DNA of 64,000 nucleotides from Candidatus Woesearchaeota archaeon (GTDB lineage Archaea; Nanobdellota; Nanobdellia; SCGC-AAA011-G17; GW2011-AR18): NCBI GenBank assembly GCA_018302765.1, contig JAGVZG010000003.1, positions 11,081 to 75,080 of the forward strand, read 5' to 3'. Shown piece by piece: positions 60,437 to 64,000 of this stretch (position 1 is its first letter; each line of letters starts with the position of its first letter). The notes under the pieces were generated by a model. It saw only the letters and a program-made list of their open reading frames with translations, ran no database searches and was not told where the DNA came from. The position numbers and the translations under genes were made by a program.

Positions 60437-61138
60437 ATGAAACTATTTATCAATACTGGTGGAAAAGGAACAAGATTGTATCCATTAACAAAAGATATAC
60501 CAAAACCAATGGTAAATATATGTGGAAAACCAATACTACACTATCTAGTAGACTGGGCCAAAAATAATAACATAAAAGAAATTATTATGATGAATGGTTA
60601 TAAAGCAGAAAAAGTAATAGAATACTTCAAAGACGGAAAAGAATTTGAAATTGATATAAAACATTCAAATGAACCACAGCCATTAGGAAGTGGGGGTGCA
60701 ATAAAATTTGCAAAAAATTACATTGATGAAACATTTGTTTATATATCTGGCGACTTATTATGCGACATAGACTTAAAAAAAATCATAAAATTTCATAAAG
60801 AAAACAAAGGAGATATGACAATAACTTTATTTCAAACAGACCACCCACATGACTCAGACATAATTAAAATAGATAAAAACAATAAAGTAATAAAATTTAT
60901 ATCAAAACATGATAACCATGCAGGAGCAGGTAATCTATCTAACTCAGGATTATGCATAATAGAACCAAAAATAATAGAGTTAATGGATAAAGAAATATTC
61001 ACATTTGAAACAGAAATATATCCTAAAGCCATAGAGAAGAATCTAAGAATATTAGGTTACGTAACAAATGAATTTATAGAAGACATGGGAACACCAGAAC
61101 GTTTTAAAAAATGCGAGGAATACTTTAAATCAAAATGA
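60437..61138 (+). CDS. Sugar-1-phosphate nucleotidyltransferase (HddC/GmhD-like heptose-1-P guanylyltransferase candidate)
   Basis: GGKGTRLYPLTKDIPKPM signature (GxGTRL). ~230 aa short-form NTP transferase. Clustered with a GHMP kinase and GmhA. Confidence 0.75.
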   Translation: MKLFINTGGKGTRLYPLTKDIPKPMVNICGKPILHYLVDWAKNNNIKEIIMMNGYKAEKVIEYFKDGKEFEIDIKHSNEPQPLGSGGAIKFAKNYIDETFVYISGDLLCDIDLKKIIKFHKENKGDMTITLFQTDHPHDSDIIKIDKNNKVIKFISKHDNHAGAGNLSNSGLCIIEPKIIELMDKEIFTFETEIYPKAIEKNLRILGYVTNEFIEDMGTPERFKKCEEYFKSK

Positions 61139-62076
61139 GAATATTAGTTACAGGTGCAGGCGGAATGATGGGATGTCATATTCTAGATTTTCTTACAGAA
61201 AAAAACCATGACGTATTAGGCATAGACTTTGTTCCAACAACAGATATAAGAGAATTAAATAAAAAAGCAGTTTACATGGAGTGCGATATTAGAGATAGAA
61301 ACAAGTTAACAAATATAATAAACCTATTCAAACCAGAAGCAATATGTCACCTAGCTGCACAGAGTTATCCTACAGTATCTTGGGATAGGCCTGAATTTAC
61401 TATGGAAGTAAATGTTATAGGTACAATAAACCTCTTTGAATCTGTAAAAGAATTAAAATTAGATCCAGTGATATTAAACGCCTGCTCAAGTGCTGAATAC
61501 GGTTATATTGATGAAAAAGAAGTTCCTGTAAAAGAATCTAGAGAATTAAAACCTTTACATCCATATGGTGTAAGCAAAGTTTCGCAAGAATTATTAGCTT
61601 ATCAGTACTTTCAAAACTTCAAAATTAGGAGTATATCAGCAAGGATATTTAATACAACTGGTCCTAAAAAAATTAATGATGTTTGTTCAGATTTTACAAA
61701 ACAAATTGTTATGATAGAAAAAGGATTGCAAAAACCAGTAATGCATGTAGGAAACCTAAACACAAGAAGAGCAATCACTGATGTAAGAGATATGATAAAT
61801 GCATTCTGGCTGTTATTAGAAAAAGGAAAATATGGAGAAGCATATAATATAAGCGGAAGCAAAGCATATCTAATCAAAGACATACTAGAAATACTAAAAT
61901 CATTGACAAATGTAAAATTTGAGATTTATCAAGATCCAAAATTAATGAGACCAACAGATGAACCAATAATTTATGGAGATTCATCAAAAATAAAAGCAGA
62001 TACAGGTTGGGAGCAAAAAATACCCATAGAAAAAACACTAAAAGATATGCTTGAATATTGGAGGAAGAAATTATGA
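61135..62076 (+). CDS. NAD(P)-dependent sugar-nucleotide epimerase/dehydratase/reductase (extended SDR)
   Basis: ILVTGAGGMMGCHI Rossmann motif. YGVSK catalytic YxxxK. Confidence 0.75.
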   Translation: MRILVTGAGGMMGCHILDFLTEKNHDVLGIDFVPTTDIRELNKKAVYMECDIRDRNKLTNIINLFKPEAICHLAAQSYPTVSWDRPEFTMEVNVIGTINLFESVKELKLDPVILNACSSAEYGYIDEKEVPVKESRELKPLHPYGVSKVSQELLAYQYFQNFKIRSISARIFNTTGPKKINDVCSDFTKQIVMIEKGLQKPVMHVGNLNTRRAITDVRDMINAFWLLLEKGKYGEAYNISGSKAYLIKDILEILKSLTNVKFEIYQDPKLMRPTDEPIIYGDSSKIKADTGWEQKIPIEKTLKDMLEYWRKKL

Positions 62077-63074
62077 CTATTATAAGAAGTAGGTCACCCC
62101 ATAGGATAGAATTTTGTGGTGGTGGGACAGACGTACCTGAATACTATAAAAAAAATGGGGGCTTTGTAATAAATGCAGCAATTAACAAATATTCATATGT
62201 AAGCCTTCACCCATATGATGAAGGTATAAAAATTACTTTAGAAAACAAAAATACTGTAGAATTTCCAAATTTAAAGAGTATAAAATTTGAAGGGGATTTT
62301 GATTTAGTAAAGGCTATAATAAAAAAATTGCAAATAAATAACAAGGAAATATTCCTAAGAAATGATATCTTACCAAGCAGTGGATTAGGGACAAATGCGG
62401 CAATTGCAACAGCAGTTATAGGAGTAATATACAAATTAAGAGAACAAACATTAGACAAAAAAGAAATAGCAGAAGCCGCTTATGAAATAGCCTCAAAAGA
62501 ATTAGGAATTTATGGAGGAAAACAAAACCAATATTCTTCAGCATTTGGAGGAATAAATTCAATAGAATTCAAAAAAGATGGAGAAGTAATAGTAACACCT
62601 CTAAAAATTAGCAAAAACACATTAAGAGAACTGGAAAAGCACCTAGTCTTAGTTTATGTAGGAAAAAGAATAAACCCAAATGAAATACTAAAAAAACAAG
62701 AAAAAGAAAGTCTGCAAAATAATAAATTAGAAGATCTAGATAAACTAAAATATATTGCAATGGAAATGAAAGATGTTCTGGAAAGTGGAGACACAATAAA
62801 ATTTGGAAAACTAATGGATAAAGCATGGAACATAAAAAAAGTATTTAATCCGAATATTTCAACACAATATATAGAACACATATATGAAATAGCAAAAAAA
62901 AATGGAGCAATAGGTGGAATGATAAATGGTGCTGGTGGGGGTGGTCATATACTATTTTACGCTGAACCAAATAAAGAACCGCTGCTTGTAAGAAAACTTC
63001 AAGAAAATGGAGCAAGAGTTTTAGATTTTAGTTTTGACTTGGAAGGCCTAGACGTGTGGGATACTACAAAATGA
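62058..63074 (+). CDS. GHMP-family sugar kinase (HddA-like D-glycero-D-manno-heptose 7-phosphate kinase candidate)
   Basis: GHMP ATP-binding motif LPSSGLGTNAAIATAVIG. ~340 aa. Confidence 0.75.
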   Translation: MEEEIMTIIRSRSPHRIEFCGGGTDVPEYYKKNGGFVINAAINKYSYVSLHPYDEGIKITLENKNTVEFPNLKSIKFEGDFDLVKAIIKKLQINNKEIFLRNDILPSSGLGTNAAIATAVIGVIYKLREQTLDKKEIAEAAYEIASKELGIYGGKQNQYSSAFGGINSIEFKKDGEVIVTPLKISKNTLRELEKHLVLVYVGKRINPNEILKKQEKESLQNNKLEDLDKLKYIAMEMKDVLESGDTIKFGKLMDKAWNIKKVFNPNISTQYIEHIYEIAKKNGAIGGMINGAGGGGHILFYAEPNKEPLLVRKLQENGARVLDFSFDLEGLDVWDTTK

Positions 63075-64000
63075 TAATGAAAGAAAAAATAAAAAAAGAC
63101 CTAATTGAAAGTTCCTTTGTAAAAATGAAATTAGCAGAAGAATGTATAGATCAAATTGAATTAGCAACAAAATGGATACTAGAATCCTATCAAGAAGGTG
63201 GAAGAATGGTGTTATTTGGAAACGGAGGCTCAGCCGCAGATGCTCAGCATATAGCTGCAGAATTCGTAAATTACTTCAGAATACCTTCAAGGCCAATGGT
63301 TGACTGTTTATCATTGACAACAAATACATCTATACTAACAGCAATAGCAAATGATACAAGTTATGATAATGTATTTGCAAAGCAAATTGAATCTTTAGTA
63401 AACTGTAAAGATGTAATACTTGCTTTAAGTACAAGTGGTAATGCAAAAAATGTAATCAAAGGCATAGAAATGGCTAAAAAAAGAGGCGCAAAAACAATAC
63501 TTCTTACAGGACAAAAAGGAGGAAAAGCTGCACCATTAGCAGATTTATCTATAAAGGTTCCATCAAATGACACACCAAGAATACAAGAGTCCCACATTGC
63601 AATAGGACATATAATATCAGATATAGTAGAATACGAACTCTTCAAAGACTACTTAGAAAAAGACCCATTAGATATAAAAGAAGCAGAAGCAAGCGCGCCT
63701 GTAAGGATACACTTAGGAGAAGGTGGAGACACAGATTACTACGTAGAAAAATTAGGGTGGGGATGTATAGTAAACGCAACACTAGAATCACACAGATACA
63801 AATGTACTATAAAAAAATTAGAAAGTACAAATGAAATAAAAGTTATAATAATAAATTCTTTCTATGAGAACAAAGATTATAATAAGGCTAAGAAAGAATA
63901 TATAATAAACAACGTTAAAGAAAAAGCAAAAGAAGACATAATAGCAGCAACAATACTAGAAGTATTCCCTGATTTTAAAGGAGAAATACTAATTGAAAGT
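63071..64000 (+). CDS. gmhA: Phosphoheptose isomerase (SIS domain, GmhA-like) with an uncharacterised C-terminal extension; runs off the window end
   Basis: SIS motifs (VLFGNGGSAADAQHIAAEF, ILALSTSGNAKNV, ESHIAIGHII). The ORF starts with an ATGA overlap with the kinase stop and has no stop before 64000. About 115 aa of non-SIS sequence follow the ~195-aa isomerase domain. Confidence 0.7.
   Translation, partial: MIMKEKIKKDLIESSFVKMKLAEECIDQIELATKWILESYQEGGRMVLFGNGGSAADAQHIAAEFVNYFRIPSRPMVDCLSLTTNTSILTAIANDTSYDNVFAKQIESLVNCKDVILALSTSGNAKNVIKGIEMAKKRGAKTILLTGQKGGKAAPLADLSIKVPSNDTPRIQESHIAIGHIISDIVEYELFKDYLEKDPLDIKEAEASAPVRIHLGEGGDTDYYVEKLGWGCIVNATLESHRYKCTIKKLESTNEIKVIIINSFYENKDYNKAKKEYIINNVKEKAKEDIIAATILEVFPDFKGEILIES

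Noticed and set aside
1..64000. CRISPR arrays, tRNA/rRNA genes, and transposases or integrases that would mark a mobile island.
   Set aside because: I scanned the intergenic regions. The longest are 282, 236, 171 and 166 bp, and they show no cloverleaf-like GC-rich stems, no direct-repeat arrays and no recombinase or transposase ORFs. Intergenic spacers are simply AT-rich promoter regions.

Overview
This is a very AT-rich, gene-dense window that looks archaeal: it encodes an STT3/AglB oligosaccharyltransferase with an intact WWDYG motif, an HxlR regulator and a SpoIIM-like membrane protein, and it uses UGA as a stop codon. About 95% of the window is one large surface-glycan / N-glycosylation island.

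Housekeeping and surface protein (130-4035):
- A bacterial-type threonyl-tRNA synthetase that lacks the N-terminal TGS domain.
- A secreted multi-repeat surface protein with a C-terminal TM anchor and an unusual ~100-aa charged cytoplasmic tail.

Glycan island (4037-64000):
- About 12 glycosyltransferases: four DPM1-like GT2, four GT4, one MraY/WecA-family AglH-like enzyme, three or four GT-C/PMT_2-like membrane enzymes, plus AglB.
- Two Wzx-type flippases.
- Sugar-nucleotide biosynthesis genes: RmlA and RmlB, two DegT-type aminotransferases, an LbH acetyltransferase, two SDR epimerase/dehydratases, and a GDP-heptose-type module (nucleotidyltransferase, SDR, GHMP kinase, GmhA).
- Glycan-tailoring enzymes: three SGNH-hydrolase paralogs, two NodU-type carbamoyltransferases, a TylF-like O-methyltransferase and five class I SAM methyltransferases.

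Most interesting feature (26533-32670): a compositionally distinct phosphonate-biosynthesis cassette sits inside the island. It encodes a PEP mutase fused to a PntC-like cytidylyltransferase, a phosphonopyruvate decarboxylase, an Fe-dependent alcohol dehydrogenase and a HepD/MPnS-family bi-cupin oxygenase. Immediately downstream are a CDP-alcohol phosphatidyltransferase and a methyltransferase. Nearby are two cobalamin-binding radical-SAM enzymes (Fom3-like candidates) with a small ferredoxin, and an HxlR-regulated radical-SAM/SPASM enzyme of unknown substrate.

Taken together this predicts a nucleotide-activated (CMP-) hydroxyalkyl- or methyl-phosphonate decoration of an archaeal surface glycan or lipid. 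To my knowledge that is not described outside Nitrosopumilus-type methylphosphonate clusters.

I found no rRNA, tRNA, CRISPR array or transposase.
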